Numbered from the stretch's first letter, positions 1-9,652 are shown. The stretch is 42,539 bases of DNA from a virus (IMGVR_UViG_2897341779_000003), one strand, 5' to 3'. Program-made: numbers and translations. Notes: generated from the sequence alone by a model not told the origin.

Positions 1-318
1 ATGAAAAAGATAGCTGCTATATCATTAATTAGTGTTTTTCTTATGTCTGGGTGTGCTGTACATAATGATGAGACAAGTATCGGTAAATTTGGTCTTGCAT
101 ATAAAAGTAATATTCAGCGTAAACTCGATAACCAATACTACACCGAAGCCGAAGCTTCTTTAGCCAGGGGTAGAATATCTGGTGCAGAAAATATAGTAAA
201 AAATGATGCAGTTCATTTCTGTGTTACTCAGGGCAAAAAAATGCAGATAGTTGACCTGAAGACAGAAGGTGCAGGATTACATGGCGTCGCTCGTCTGACA
301 TTCAAATGTGGAGAGTGA
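1..318 (+). CDS. small lipoprotein (105 aa), host gene flanking the prophage; position relative to the P2-type att site and yegQ suggests a yegR-like gene
   Basis: N-terminal signal peptide with lipobox LMSGC; lies outside the att core at 647-673. The yegR assignment is synteny inference only, not sequence recognition. Confidence 0.6.
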   Translation: MKKIAAISLISVFLMSGCAVHNDETSIGKFGLAYKSNIQRKLDNQYYTEAEASLARGRISGAENIVKNDAVHFCVTQGKKMQIVDLKTEGAGLHGVARLTFKCGE

Positions 319-646
319 GAATAGATTCAAGACTACCATGCACATATTTATTTTATCTGTGATGGGATATTCTTCAACACCATTATTGAATGTGAGTAAT
401 AATGACAAACAGATAGATGAAACTAAAGCAGAATTTTTATTTTATGCAGCCATCAGAAAATGATGTCAAAAATGTTCCAATGCTTTAGGTTCATTTTTTG
501 GTAAGCGTCAAACATGCGCGTTCTGGCTGTGCGTAACCGGAACCTGTGCGAGCACGATGTCGATAAGTGAAAAGCATCGTGCTATGAAGGAGGATTCTAT
601 CGATGTGGTCAATGGAAGACGGTGACCAGGGATAGGGCTTATGCAT

Positions 647-673
647 AAAAAATAAGCCCGTGTAAGGGAGATT
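647..673. other. prophage attL core (27 bp)
   Basis: AAAAAATAAGCCCGTGTAAGGGAGATT matches the P2 att core as I recall it; a second copy with 2 substitutions is at 36470-36496; int lies immediately inside. Confidence 0.75.
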
Positions 674-752
674 TAGGGTGTCACCAGTAGGGGCTTTCAA
701 CGGTACAATGCGGGTTTGAGCGGCATAAATTACCACTGAAAGCCCTTAAACG

Positions 753-1766
753 TTACTCTACTGTGGACACTGTGTGGACACTCTCGGCCTCAGTACCACC
801 TCTTAGCGGATTAAGAGAAATGGCGTCCTGAAGGTACTCTGGCGCAAAATGAGCGTAAACCATAGTTTGCTCAATCCGCGTGTGACCTAGTATCCGTTGT
901 AGCGTGATAATACTTCCTCCATTAATCATGAAATGAGTGGCAAAGCTGTGCCTTAGTGCATGTGTGGCTTGCCCCATTGGCAAATCCGGTTTTATTGCTT
1001 TCATTGTTCGTCTGAAGCGAGGGTAATCAGCATCAGGGAATAAAAAACCTCGTTTGTTATCCGCGATCATTTTGGCAACAGCCTCTGAAATCGGGACGGT
1101 GCGTGGTTTGTTTGTTTTCGTTTTAACAAACGTGACGCGGTTATGGATGATATTTTCTGCTTTCAAACGAGCTGCTTCTCCCCAACGTGCTCCTGTACTC
1201 AGGCAAAGAATCGCAATCTTTTTATTGTCGCCGTCAAGTGCTGCAAGCAGTAAGGCAATTTCTTCCTGTGTGAGATAGCCTGTTTCTGGTTTTTCCTCCT
1301 TAAGCCTCTTTGTCCCTCTGATAGGGTGCTCACCAAAGAATAACTCCGCTTCAATCAGGGCTGTAAACATGCCGCTAATACATGTTAAATCACGATTGAT
1401 ACTCGAAGGTTTAATACCCTGGCTTCTTCGGGTGGCGCAGTACTGGCTGATAAGGGATTTCGTGATTTGAAATGCGCATGGGTCATTCGTTATTTTTGTG
1501 AAGATTTCAATTTTTCCAAGATTAGATTTCCCATGCTCTTCGTGTTTACCCTTTAAATCCCACCAGATCTGTGTCAGTTCCGACAGACGTCGTTTGTCTG
1601 TTGGTTTTGATAGCCATTCTTTATTGTGGTGGTTGTACAACGTGTATTTTTCGAAAGCGACAGCTTCGCTTTTCTTATCAAACTTCCTACGGATGCGTTT
1701 TCCGTTACGTCCAGTAGGGCGGATGTCCACTTCATATCGACCATCATCGAGTTTTTTGATTGCCAT
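753..1766 (-). CDS. int: tyrosine integrase, P2 Int-like (337 aa)
   Basis: 337 aa as in P2 Int; C-terminal HxxR and catalytic Tyr motifs (ALRHSFATH, LGHTRIEQTMVYAH); adjacent to the att core; RBS GGAGGG before the ATG. Confidence 0.9.
   Translation of the reverse strand: MAIKKLDDGRYEVDIRPTGRNGKRIRRKFDKKSEAVAFEKYTLYNHHNKEWLSKPTDKRRLSELTQIWWDLKGKHEEHGKSNLGKIEIFTKITNDPCAFQITKSLISQYCATRRSQGIKPSSINRDLTCISGMFTALIEAELFFGEHPIRGTKRLKEEKPETGYLTQEEIALLLAALDGDNKKIAILCLSTGARWGEAARLKAENIIHNRVTFVKTKTNKPRTVPISEAVAKMIADNKRGFLFPDADYPRFRRTMKAIKPDLPMGQATHALRHSFATHFMINGGSIITLQRILGHTRIEQTMVYAHFAPEYLQDAISLNPLRGGTEAESVHTVSTVE
762..781. promoter_or_regulatory. tandem TGTGGACAC direct repeats, candidate Int arm-type binding sites (P-prime arm)
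   Basis: Two 9-bp direct repeats 11 bp apart next to the att core, overlapping the 3' end of int; P2-type Int arm sites are of the TGTGGACA type. Confidence 0.5.
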
Positions 1767-1881
1767 CAGAAAACCCTCCGAGTGGTACTTTTTTTTGCTA
1801 CTACTAATCGCTTTTTTCGTGGTGGCTGAAATTTAGCCACCAATAGTAGGCACTTGTGATGAATATATTCACGATAAATTG

Positions 1882-2181
1882 TTAACCAGTCTTTTGACCG
1901 GAGTGGGGCGACGTTGTTTCGTTTTGCCCAAAGTGTGCGAGAGCGGGCGCAATTTGCCCGGACTCAGGAGCGACCTGATTGGTCATGAACCATAAAGTGT
2001 ATTTGGTGAATTGTGGGGTCTGCAGGATGTTCATCATGACATCTGTTGGAGGTGTTGAACGACCACTTTCATAGTAACTCAGCGTGCCATACGGAACCCC
2101 TGTTAAATCAGCAAGTTGTTGTCTGCTCAAATACTCTGATTTTCGCATTAAGACTATCTTCTCGCTTATCGTGTTTGACAT
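1882..2181 (-). CDS. C: immunity repressor C (99 aa)
   Basis: 99 aa, position between int and a divergent cox, helix-turn-helix-like segment (LSRQQLADLTGVPYGTLSYYESG). Confidence 0.85.
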   Translation of the reverse strand: MSNTISEKIVLMRKSEYLSRQQLADLTGVPYGTLSYYESGRSTPPTDVMMNILQTPQFTKYTLWFMTNQVAPESGQIAPALAHFGQNETTSPHSGQKTG

Positions 2182-2184
2182 GGT

Positions 2185-2270
2185 GTTTAGATCTCAATAG
2201 TATTTAGTTTAGATGTAGATTGTTTAGTGCTTGGATGTGGGCACTAAAAGGCATTATAAGGCATTAAACG
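2185..2270. promoter_or_regulatory. C/cox divergent promoter-operator switch (Pe/Pc region)
   Basis: Direct repeats GTTTAGATCT (2185-2194) and GTTTAGATGT (2207-2216) spaced 22 bp centre to centre, further TTTAG copies, and a GGCATTA direct repeat (2250-2266) in the 114-bp gap between divergent C and cox. Confidence 0.5.
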
Positions 2271-2295
2271 CAATTCATGAGGGCTGGGGGACGAC

Positions 2296-2571
2296 ATGAG
2301 CAAGCAAGTAACACTCATGACTGATGCGATTCCTTATCAGGAGTTCGCAAAACTAATAGGAAAATCGACAGGAGCGGTTCGTCGGATGATCGATAAAGGA
2401 AAGCTGCCTGTAATTGATATGACCGATCCACAATCAGCTTCAGGTCGTGCAGGTGAATATTGGGTATACCTTCCGGCATGGAATAACGGACTAAAACTGG
2501 CTTATGAAAGCCGCCCTAAAGAGATTCGTGACGGCTGGTTGATGTGGTTAGGTCTCGGTGAACCACGTTAA
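2296..2571 (+). CDS. cox: Cox excisionase/transcriptional regulator (91 aa)
   Basis: 91 aa, first gene of the early rightward operon divergent from C, as in P2. Confidence 0.85.
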   Translation: MSKQVTLMTDAIPYQEFAKLIGKSTGAVRRMIDKGKLPVIDMTDPQSASGRAGEYWVYLPAWNNGLKLAYESRPKEIRDGWLMWLGLGEPR

Positions 2572-2581
2572 GGAGAACCGT

Positions 2582-2752
2582 ATGAACGAGCCTCGTTGTA
2601 TTGCTCAGTTATTGCGTAACGAAAGCCCCAGGGCGATTGACTTCACCATCACCCACGGTAAGGGGCGTAAGGGAATCATTATCCGCACCAAAAAACAGAG
2701 TCCGTTAAAAAAGGCTCTGACCTTTCTGAAAAGCCGGAGGGTATGGAAATGA
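2582..2752 (+). CDS. small early protein (orf78-position), 56 aa from the internal ATG
   Basis: ATG at 2582 has a strong RBS (AAGGAG 6 nt upstream); the ORF-track start at 2558 is GTG and overlaps cox. Confidence 0.5.
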   Translation: MNEPRCIAQLLRNESPRAIDFTITHGKGRKGIIIRTKKQSPLKKALTFLKSRRVWK

Positions 2753-3249
2753 CAGTGATGACGCTCAATCTCGTTGAAAAACAGCCAGCAGCTATGCGCC
2801 GGATAATTGGTAAGCATCTTGCCGTTCCTCGCTGGCAGGATACATGTGATTATTATAATCAGATGATGGAGCGCGAACGGCTAACGGTTTGCTTTCATGC
2901 GCAGTTAAAACAGCGTCACGCAACGATGCGTTTTGAAGAAATGAACGACGTCGAACGTGAACGACTGGTATGTGCAATTGATGAGTTGCGTGGGGCATTC
3001 TCAAAACGCCGTCAGGTTGGCGCAAGTGAGTATGCATATATTAGTTTTTTAACAGTCAGTCAGCGTCGCACTTTATTTATGCACGCACGACTGACAGAAA
3101 AAGAATTTAACCAGCCATACTGGCGAATTAATGAGGAATCATGTTACTGGCGTGATGCTTTATTCCGTGCATTACGTGAATTATTCAGTCTGTTTGAGTA
3201 TGCACCGACAATTCTGACGTCGGTAAAACCAGAGCAATATCTGCATTAA
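2743..3249 (+). CDS. B: replication protein B (DnaB helicase-loading factor of P2); start could be 2743 or 2749
   Basis: About 166-168 aa at the B position of the P2 early operon; RBS GGAGGG upstream of 2743. Confidence 0.75.
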   Translation: MEMTVMTLNLVEKQPAAMRRIIGKHLAVPRWQDTCDYYNQMMERERLTVCFHAQLKQRHATMRFEEMNDVERERLVCAIDELRGAFSKRRQVGASEYAYISFLTVSQRRTLFMHARLTEKEFNQPYWRINEESCYWRDALFRALRELFSLFEYAPTILTSVKPEQYLH

Positions 3250-3312
3250 GTAATTAACCAGAGTTTTTAACGCGCTTAATCGTGCGGGGCTTCTTTTTGC
3301 CCGGAGAAAGTC

Positions 3313-3537
3313 ATGCATACAGTTTCTGAAAATCAGTGCGGTAAATACGCATTACTGCTGCAACAGGCCAGAACCGAAGCACAGGCCGACGCTGCGACGC
3401 GCTTTTCTTCTCATCTTGACGCCATGATTCGCCATATCACAAAGGCGGAGTTATCCCGCGTGGAGATAGTCGAGCTGCTCAGTCAGGAGTCGGAAAAATT
3501 TCACAATATCGGATTGTCTCGCGGGGAGGTACTTTGA
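3313..3537 (+). CDS. early operon small protein (orf80 position), 74 aa
   Basis: ORF with RBS GGAGAAAG; position in the conserved P2 early operon. Confidence 0.5.
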   Translation: MHTVSENQCGKYALLLQQARTEAQADAATRFSSHLDAMIRHITKAELSRVEIVELLSQESEKFHNIGLSRGEVL

Positions 3538-3836
3538 TGTCCTGTTCTCATTCAGTTGTATTACTGAATAACGCCTTAAAAATCGCCGTTATGAAAAATG
3601 GCGATTTGTCTCTTATTCAACTTTGTCTTGATAAAGAAAAACGCGACATCACTGAATCTGTTATCGCGATTTATCAGAATGAATTAAACCTCCTGTCTGA
3701 TGTGGTCAATTTACTTGTTAAACGCGCTGTATTCCACAAGCAAATTTCCTCAGTGGATGAACTGACAAAATTAACGACAGAACTTGCCAGTTATTGCGCT
3801 GATGTATCCAGGAAACTTAACGATAAAAGGAGCTGA
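3537..3836 (+). CDS. early operon small protein (orf81 position), 99 aa from ATG 3537
   Basis: ATG preceded by GGGGAGG; the ORF-track start at 3534 is TTG. Confidence 0.5.
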   Translation: MSCSHSVVLLNNALKIAVMKNGDLSLIQLCLDKEKRDITESVIAIYQNELNLLSDVVNLLVKRAVFHKQISSVDELTKLTTELASYCADVSRKLNDKRS

Positions 3837-3838
3837 TA

Positions 3839-4063
3839 ATGCCGGACAACGTAGATTTTATTCAGGAACAACAGGCTGAATTACTGGAGCGCCAGATTAA
3901 CGCGGCAAGGGTAAAACATTGCGGTGCTTCTGCGCTGGTTTGCGAAGAGTGTGACGCGCCAATACCTGCTGCCCGTCGTGCGGCTTATCCGTCAGCCACG
4001 CGTTGTGTTTCCTGTCAGTCAGTCTTTGAAGCAAAAAACAAACATTACCGGAGAACGGCATGA
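3839..4063 (+). CDS. C4 zinc-finger protein, TraR/DksA-like (orf82 position), 74 aa
   Basis: Cys pattern C-x6-C-x2-C ... C-x2-C (CGASALVCEECD ... CVSCQ); RBS AAAGGAG. Confidence 0.6.
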   Translation: MPDNVDFIQEQQAELLERQINAARVKHCGASALVCEECDAPIPAARRAAYPSATRCVSCQSVFEAKNKHYRRTA

Positions 4064-4335
4064 GTATTCGTATTGAAATTGGCGAACGTTATGTCGTTAC
4101 CAGTGACAGCTTTCAGTTTATTCTCCACGAGAAAAAGAGAGCGGAAAGCGGTAAAAACGCCGGTCAGGAATGGCTGGCGGTGGTTGGTTATTACCCGAAA
4201 TTAAGCCAGCTCGTTTCCGGCCTGATGCATCACGATATTCTGACCGGAAGCGCAAAGTCTTTTGCTGATTTAAACGCGCAGGTTGAGCAACTCAGCAAGC
4301 GTTGTTCAGAGGCTTTTGGCTCATATGGCCGTTAA
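4060..4335 (+). CDS. early operon small protein (orf83 position), 91 aa
   Basis: ORF with RBS; overlaps the start of A. Confidence 0.5.
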   Translation: MSIRIEIGERYVVTSDSFQFILHEKKRAESGKNAGQEWLAVVGYYPKLSQLVSGLMHHDILTGSAKSFADLNAQVEQLSKRCSEAFGSYGR

Positions 4336-6616
4336 AGCCTCCGGGCGTTTTGTCCCTCCGTCAGCATTTACCGCAGGCACCGGTAAGACGTTTACCGGTG
4401 CTTATGCATGGAACGCGCCACGCGAGGCCGTCGGGCGCGAAAGACCCCTTACACGTGACGAGATGCGTCAGGTGCAAGGTGTTTTATCCACGATTAACCG
4501 CCTGCCTTACTTTTTGCGCTCGCTGTTTACTTCACGCTATGACTACATCCGGCGCAATAAAAGCCCGGTGCACGGGTTTTATTTCCTCACATCCACTTTT
4601 CAGCGTCGTTTATGGCCGCGCATTGAGCGTGTGAATCAGCGCCATGAAATGAACACCGACGCGTCGTTGCTGTTTCTGGCAGAGCGTGACCATTATGCGC
4701 GTCTGCCGGGGATGAATGATAAGGAGCTGAAAAAGTTTGCCGCCCGTATCTCATCGCAGCTTTTCATGATGTATGAGGAACTCTGCGATGCCTGGGTGGA
4801 TGCGCATGGCGAAAAAGAATCGCTGTTTACGGATGAGGCGCAGGCTCACCTCTATGGTCATGTTGCTGGCGCTGCACGTGCTTTCAATATTTCCCCGCTC
4901 TACTGGAAAAAATACCGTAAAGGACAGATGACCACGAGGCAGGCATATTCTGCCATTGCCCGCCTGTTTAACGATGAGTGGTGGATTAGTCAGCTTAAAG
5001 GCCAGCGTATGCGCTGGCATGAGGCGTTACTGATTGCTGTCGGGGAGGTCAATAAAGACCGTTCACCTTATGCCAGTAAACATGCCATTCGTGATGTGCG
5101 TGCACGCCGCCAGGCAAATCTGGAATTTCTTAAATCGTGTGACCTTGAAAACAGGGAAACCGGCGAACGCATCGACCTTATCAGTAAGGTGATGGGCAGT
5201 ATTTCTAATCCTGAAATTCGCCGGATGGAGCTGATGAACACCATTGCCGGTATTGAGCGTTACGCCGCCGCAGAGGGTGATGTGGGGATGTTTATCACGC
5301 TTACCGCGCCGTCAAAGTATCACCCGACACGTCAGGTCGGAAAAGGCGAAAGTAAAACCGTCCAGCTAAATCACGGCTGGAACGATGAGGCATTTAATCC
5401 AAAGGATGCGCAGCGTTATCTCTGCCATATCTGGAGCCTGATGCGCACGGCATTCAAGGATAATGATTTACAGGTCTACGGTTTGCGTGTCGTCGAGCCA
5501 CACCACGACGGAACGCCGCACTGGCATATGATGCTTTTTTGTAATCCACGCCAGCGTAACCAGATTATCGAAATCATGCGTCGCTATGCGCTCAAAGAGG
5601 ATGGCGACGAAAGAGGAGCCGCGCGAAACCGTTTTCAGGCAAAACATCTTAACCGGGGCGGTGCTGCGGGGTATATCGCAAAATACATCTCAAAAAACAT
5701 CGATGGCTATGCACTGGATGGTCAGCTCGATAATGATACCGGCAGGCCGCTGAAAGATACTGCTGCGGCTGTTACCGCATGGGCGTCAACGTGGCGAATT
5801 CCGCAATTTAAAACGGTTGGCCTGCCGACAATGGGGGCTTACCGTGAACTACGCAAATTGCCTCGCGGCGTCAGTATTGCTGATGAGTTTGACGAACGCG
5901 TCGAGGCTGCTCGCGCTGCCGCAGACAGTGGTGATTTTGCGTTGTATATCAGCGCGCAGGGTGGGGCAAATGTCCCGCGCGATTGTCAGACTGTCAGGGT
6001 TGCCCGTAGCCCGTCGGATGACGTTAACGAGTACGAGGAAGAAGTCGAGAGAGTGGTCGGCATTTACGCGCCGCATCTCGGCGCGCGTCATATTCATATC
6101 ACCAGAACGACGGACTGGCGCATTGTGCCGAAAGTTCCGGTCGTTGAGCCTTTGACTTTAAAAAGCGGCATCGCCGCGCCTCGGAGTCCTGTCAATAACT
6201 GTGGAAAGCTCACCGGTGGTGATACTTCGTTACCGGCTCCCACACCTTCTGAGCACGCCGCAGCAGTGCTTAATCTGGTTGATGACGGTGTTATTGAATG
6301 GAATGAACCGGAGGTCGTGAGGGCGCTCAGGGGCGCATTAAAATACGACCTGAGAACGCCAAACCGTCAGCAAAGAAACGGAAGCCCGTTAAAACCGCAT
6401 GAAATTGCACCATCTGCCAGACTGACCAGGTCTGAACGATTGCAAATCACCCGTATCCGCGTTGACCTTGCTCAGAACGGTATCATGCCGCAGCGATGGG
6501 AGCTTGAGGCGCTGGCGCGTGGAGCGACCGTAAATTATGACGGGAAAAAATTCACGTATCCGGTCGCTGATGGTTGGGGGGGATTCATAGGGCGCTTTGA
6601 TTTTTTCTGTGTTTGA
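4325..6616 (+). CDS. A: replication initiation protein A (rolling-circle nicking endonuclease), about 763 aa
   Basis: Large ORF at the A position; N-terminus MAVKASGRF from ATG 4325 (the ORF-track start 4283 is TTG); size matches P2 A (about 761 aa). Confidence 0.85.
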   Translation: MAVKASGRFVPPSAFTAGTGKTFTGAYAWNAPREAVGRERPLTRDEMRQVQGVLSTINRLPYFLRSLFTSRYDYIRRNKSPVHGFYFLTSTFQRRLWPRIERVNQRHEMNTDASLLFLAERDHYARLPGMNDKELKKFAARISSQLFMMYEELCDAWVDAHGEKESLFTDEAQAHLYGHVAGAARAFNISPLYWKKYRKGQMTTRQAYSAIARLFNDEWWISQLKGQRMRWHEALLIAVGEVNKDRSPYASKHAIRDVRARRQANLEFLKSCDLENRETGERIDLISKVMGSISNPEIRRMELMNTIAGIERYAAAEGDVGMFITLTAPSKYHPTRQVGKGESKTVQLNHGWNDEAFNPKDAQRYLCHIWSLMRTAFKDNDLQVYGLRVVEPHHDGTPHWHMMLFCNPRQRNQIIEIMRRYALKEDGDERGAARNRFQAKHLNRGGAAGYIAKYISKNIDGYALDGQLDNDTGRPLKDTAAAVTAWASTWRIPQFKTVGLPTMGAYRELRKLPRGVSIADEFDERVEAARAAADSGDFALYISAQGGANVPRDCQTVRVARSPSDDVNEYEEEVERVVGIYAPHLGARHIHITRTTDWRIVPKVPVVEPLTLKSGIAAPRSPVNNCGKLTGGDTSLPAPTPSEHAAAVLNLVDDGVIEWNEPEVVRALRGALKYDLRTPNRQQRNGSPLKPHEIAPSARLTRSERLQITRIRVDLAQNGIMPQRWELEALARGATVNYDGKKFTYPVADGWGGFIGRFDFFCV

Positions 6617-6839
6617 CATAGAATAGCCCCGTTACCGCTTGGGACATCTACTTTGCATTACTCTTGGTATTAGCTTTGTACAAAGGGTATAAAGGCTGCT
6701 ATTGGCAACAATAGTGCTGGCATGGAGATTGCCTCATGTTAAAGCTAGTGAATGTACGCCAGTACAACCGCTACCGCTTTGGGCGTTGGGAGACGGTGCG
6801 TAAGCACCGTCGTTCTTACCCAAAACGATAATATGCGGC

Positions 6840-7169
6840 CTAAGCGGTAACGTTTTCCTCTTCTAGTTCGTCCATCATTTTTAAATAATGCATTTCGTCA
6901 CCAGTAGCTGAAAATATTGTTCTCAATTGTTTTAGGTATTTATCTGGGTCTATGTCGCCCATATCAGTAATATTTACCGCATCAGAGTGAGAACCTCTGT
7001 TAATGTATCTGTAGAATGCTTTGAAATCACTGTTGCTATCGTCGCGTGCCAACTTTGTTAATTCATCTTGTAGAGCATCTGTTCTATGAACAAATGCAAA
7101 ATAATATTCTAGTATGTTTCTCATAATATTCGGTATTATGATTTTGTTTGCTTTGCTGCGTATTTTCAT
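6840..7169 (-). pseudogene. 3' fragment (108-109 codons) of the IS-interrupted RloC/PrrC-like gene; candidate nuclease domain
   Basis: Reading frame is continuous with the 9706-11643 ORF once the IS is removed; contains R-x3-E (RNILE) followed by a downstream His, reminiscent of the anticodon-nuclease Arg-Glu-His triad; AT-rich. Confidence 0.55.
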
Positions 7170-7349
7170 GAAAGGAGATCACTCAATAACTTCCATCGAG
7201 ATCGGGTAATAACATTTGAACAGATCGCTGAATAACATCGATGGAGATCACTTTTGACTCATTTTGTTATTCAGTGATCTCCATCAATGTTATTGGAACT
7301 TCACAGGTGTGTTGATCTGTATCTTTTGCCATTCCGGTAAAGGATACCT

Positions 7350-8891
7350 ATGCCAACAGTTCCAATTTCTATGAGAAAACTTAAAGAAATTCTTAGGCTT
7401 AAATACGGTGTTGGACTCAGCCATCGACAAATTGGTCGTAGTCTTGCAATCTCCCCTTCCGTTGTATCCAGATATGCTAATCGGGCGGCTCAACTTGGCA
7501 TAAAGCAGTGGCCCTTACCTACAGGATGGGATGATACAAAACTAAAACATGCGTTCCTTCAGACCCAGGTTAAGATGAAGAAGCACTCTCTGCCTGACTG
7601 GGCTACAGTACACCGGGAACTGCGTAATAAATGCGTGACGCTGCAGCTACTCTGGGAAGAATACTGTGAGCGTAATCCAGGCGGTTTTTACAGCTATAAC
7701 CATTACTGCCGGATGTACCGTGAATGGCTCAAAACCACTTCACCATCAATGCGTCAGGTACATAAAGCTGGCGAAAAACTTTTCGTTGATTACTGTGGAC
7801 CTACCGTTGGCGTTACCGACCCTGAGACCGGAGAAATAAGAACTGCTCAGGTCATCGTAGCTGTTCTCGGGGCATCAAGTTACACATGGGCAGAGGCCAC
7901 CTGGTCTCAGCAGCTTGAAGACTGGGTGATGAGTCATGTTCGCTGCTTCCAGTGGTTGGGTGGCGTTCCTGAACTTGTTGTTCCGGACAATCTGAAAAGC
8001 GCCACATCCAGGGCATGTAAGTATGATCCTGACGTTAACCCTACCTACCAGCAGATGCTTGAGCATTATAATGTCGCAGTTTTGCCTGCGCGGCCACGTA
8101 AACCGAAAGATAAAGCCAAAGCTGAAGTTGGCGTTCAGGTTGTTGAACGCTGGATCATGGCCCGAATCAGGCATGAGATCTTCTACAGCCTTGCATCGCT
8201 TAATCAGCGCATTCGGGAGTTGCTGGAAAGACTGAATAACAAAATAATGCAGAAGTTGGGTTATTCACGTGCAGAACTCTTCATCCAGCTTGATAAACCC
8301 GCACTGAAGCCTCTTCCTGAAGCCAGTTACAGTTACACCCTGGTGAAGAAAGTCAGAGTTCATGCCGATTACCACGTGGAAATCGACAAACATTACTACT
8401 CGGTTCCATGTTCGCTGTTAGGCCAGCAACTGGAAGCATGGATCTCCGGAGAACTGGTAAGACTCTTCAATCAGGGGCAGGAGGTTGCTGTGCACCCGCG
8501 CAAGCGTACTTATGGCTACAGTACCCGCAACGAGCACATGCCTGAAGCTCATCGACAGCATGCCACCTGGACGCCAGAGCGTCTTCTGGAATGGGCGGGG
8601 CACATAGGCAGTGAAACTCATAGTTATGTGCTTCATATACTGAACTCTCGTCCACATCCGGAACAAAGCTATCGCTTCTGCCTTGGACTCCTGAACCTTC
8701 ATAAAAAATACAGTAAAGCCAGACTTAATGCAGCATGTGCAAGAGCTCTGAAAACAAAGGTATGGCGTCTGTCAGGTATTAAATCGATCCTGGAAAAAGG
8801 TCTGGATAAACAACCTGTTCAGGATCCAAAACCAGATCTGTTATCCACGATGGAACACGAAAACGTACGCGGCAGTGAGTATTACCACTGA
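7350..8891 (+). CDS. istA: IS21-family transposase IstA (513 aa)
   Basis: N-terminal HTH, integrase-core-like middle region; followed by istB with a short gap. Confidence 0.85.
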   Translation: MPTVPISMRKLKEILRLKYGVGLSHRQIGRSLAISPSVVSRYANRAAQLGIKQWPLPTGWDDTKLKHAFLQTQVKMKKHSLPDWATVHRELRNKCVTLQLLWEEYCERNPGGFYSYNHYCRMYREWLKTTSPSMRQVHKAGEKLFVDYCGPTVGVTDPETGEIRTAQVIVAVLGASSYTWAEATWSQQLEDWVMSHVRCFQWLGGVPELVVPDNLKSATSRACKYDPDVNPTYQQMLEHYNVAVLPARPRKPKDKAKAEVGVQVVERWIMARIRHEIFYSLASLNQRIRELLERLNNKIMQKLGYSRAELFIQLDKPALKPLPEASYSYTLVKKVRVHADYHVEIDKHYYSVPCSLLGQQLEAWISGELVRLFNQGQEVAVHPRKRTYGYSTRNEHMPEAHRQHATWTPERLLEWAGHIGSETHSYVLHILNSRPHPEQSYRFCLGLLNLHKKYSKARLNAACARALKTKVWRLSGIKSILEKGLDKQPVQDPKPDLLSTMEHENVRGSEYYH

Positions 8892-8902
8892 TACGGGATC
8901 CA

Positions 8903-9652
8903 ATGATGAATCATCTTTACGAACAACTGACCGCACTTAAACTCACCGGCTTCCGTGATGCGCTTAAAAAGCAACTTGCTCAGCCGGGCACATACCAGGA
9001 GCTGGGCTTCGAAGAACGCCTGTCATTACTGACAGCAGAAGAACTAACCTGCCGTGAAAACAGGAAGGCAGAGCGTCTGATCAAACATGCACGGTTCAGA
9101 CTTAATGCTGAGTTATCAAAGCTGGATTATCGTAACAATAGAGGGCTGGACAGGGCCCTCATCCGTTCACTCAGTCAGGGAAACTGGTTAACCCTGAAAC
9201 AAAATATTTTACTGACCGGGGCCACCGGCAGCGGTAAAACGTTCCTGGCATGTGCACTTGGTCATAATGCCTGCCGACAGGGATACAAGGTCTACTATTA
9301 TCGCCTTAAAGCGCTGATGGAACAGTGCTATCAGGGGCATGCTGATGGAAGATACAGCAAACTTTTGACCAGGCTGAATAATAGCGATCTGCTGCTTCTG
9401 GATGACTGGGGGCTGGAACCTCTCTCATCAGAACAGCGTAGCGACCTGCTGGAAATAGTGGATCTGATGTACCAACGAGGCTCAATCATCGTAGTGAGCC
9501 AGTTGCCGGTGGAAAACTGGTACAAAATGATCGGAGACTCCACACATGCGGATGCCATCCTAGATCGACTGGTTCATGGCAGTATCAAGATCGAACTTAA
9601 AGGAGAATCAATGCGGAAAATACAATCACCGTTGACCGAAGGAGATCAGTGA
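8903..9652 (+). CDS. istB: IS21-family helper ATPase IstB (249 aa)
   Basis: Walker A LLTGATGSGKTF and Walker B LLLLDDWG; DnaC-like architecture typical of IstB. Confidence 0.85.
   Translation: MMNHLYEQLTALKLTGFRDALKKQLAQPGTYQELGFEERLSLLTAEELTCRENRKAERLIKHARFRLNAELSKLDYRNNRGLDRALIRSLSQGNWLTLKQNILLTGATGSGKTFLACALGHNACRQGYKVYYYRLKALMEQCYQGHADGRYSKLLTRLNNSDLLLLDDWGLEPLSSEQRSDLLEIVDLMYQRGSIIVVSQLPVENWYKMIGDSTHADAILDRLVHGSIKIELKGESMRKIQSPLTEGDQ

Noticed and set aside
491-736. 81-aa minus-strand ORF spanning the attL core
   Set aside because: It crosses the recombination core and arm sequence, has no RBS and no coding-like composition; most likely a chance ORF.
6617-6852. Possible retron msr/msd, suggested by a1/a2-like inverted repeats and a stable hairpin
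   Set aside because: No reverse transcriptase gene is present anywhere nearby. Kept only as an unexplained structured non-coding interval.
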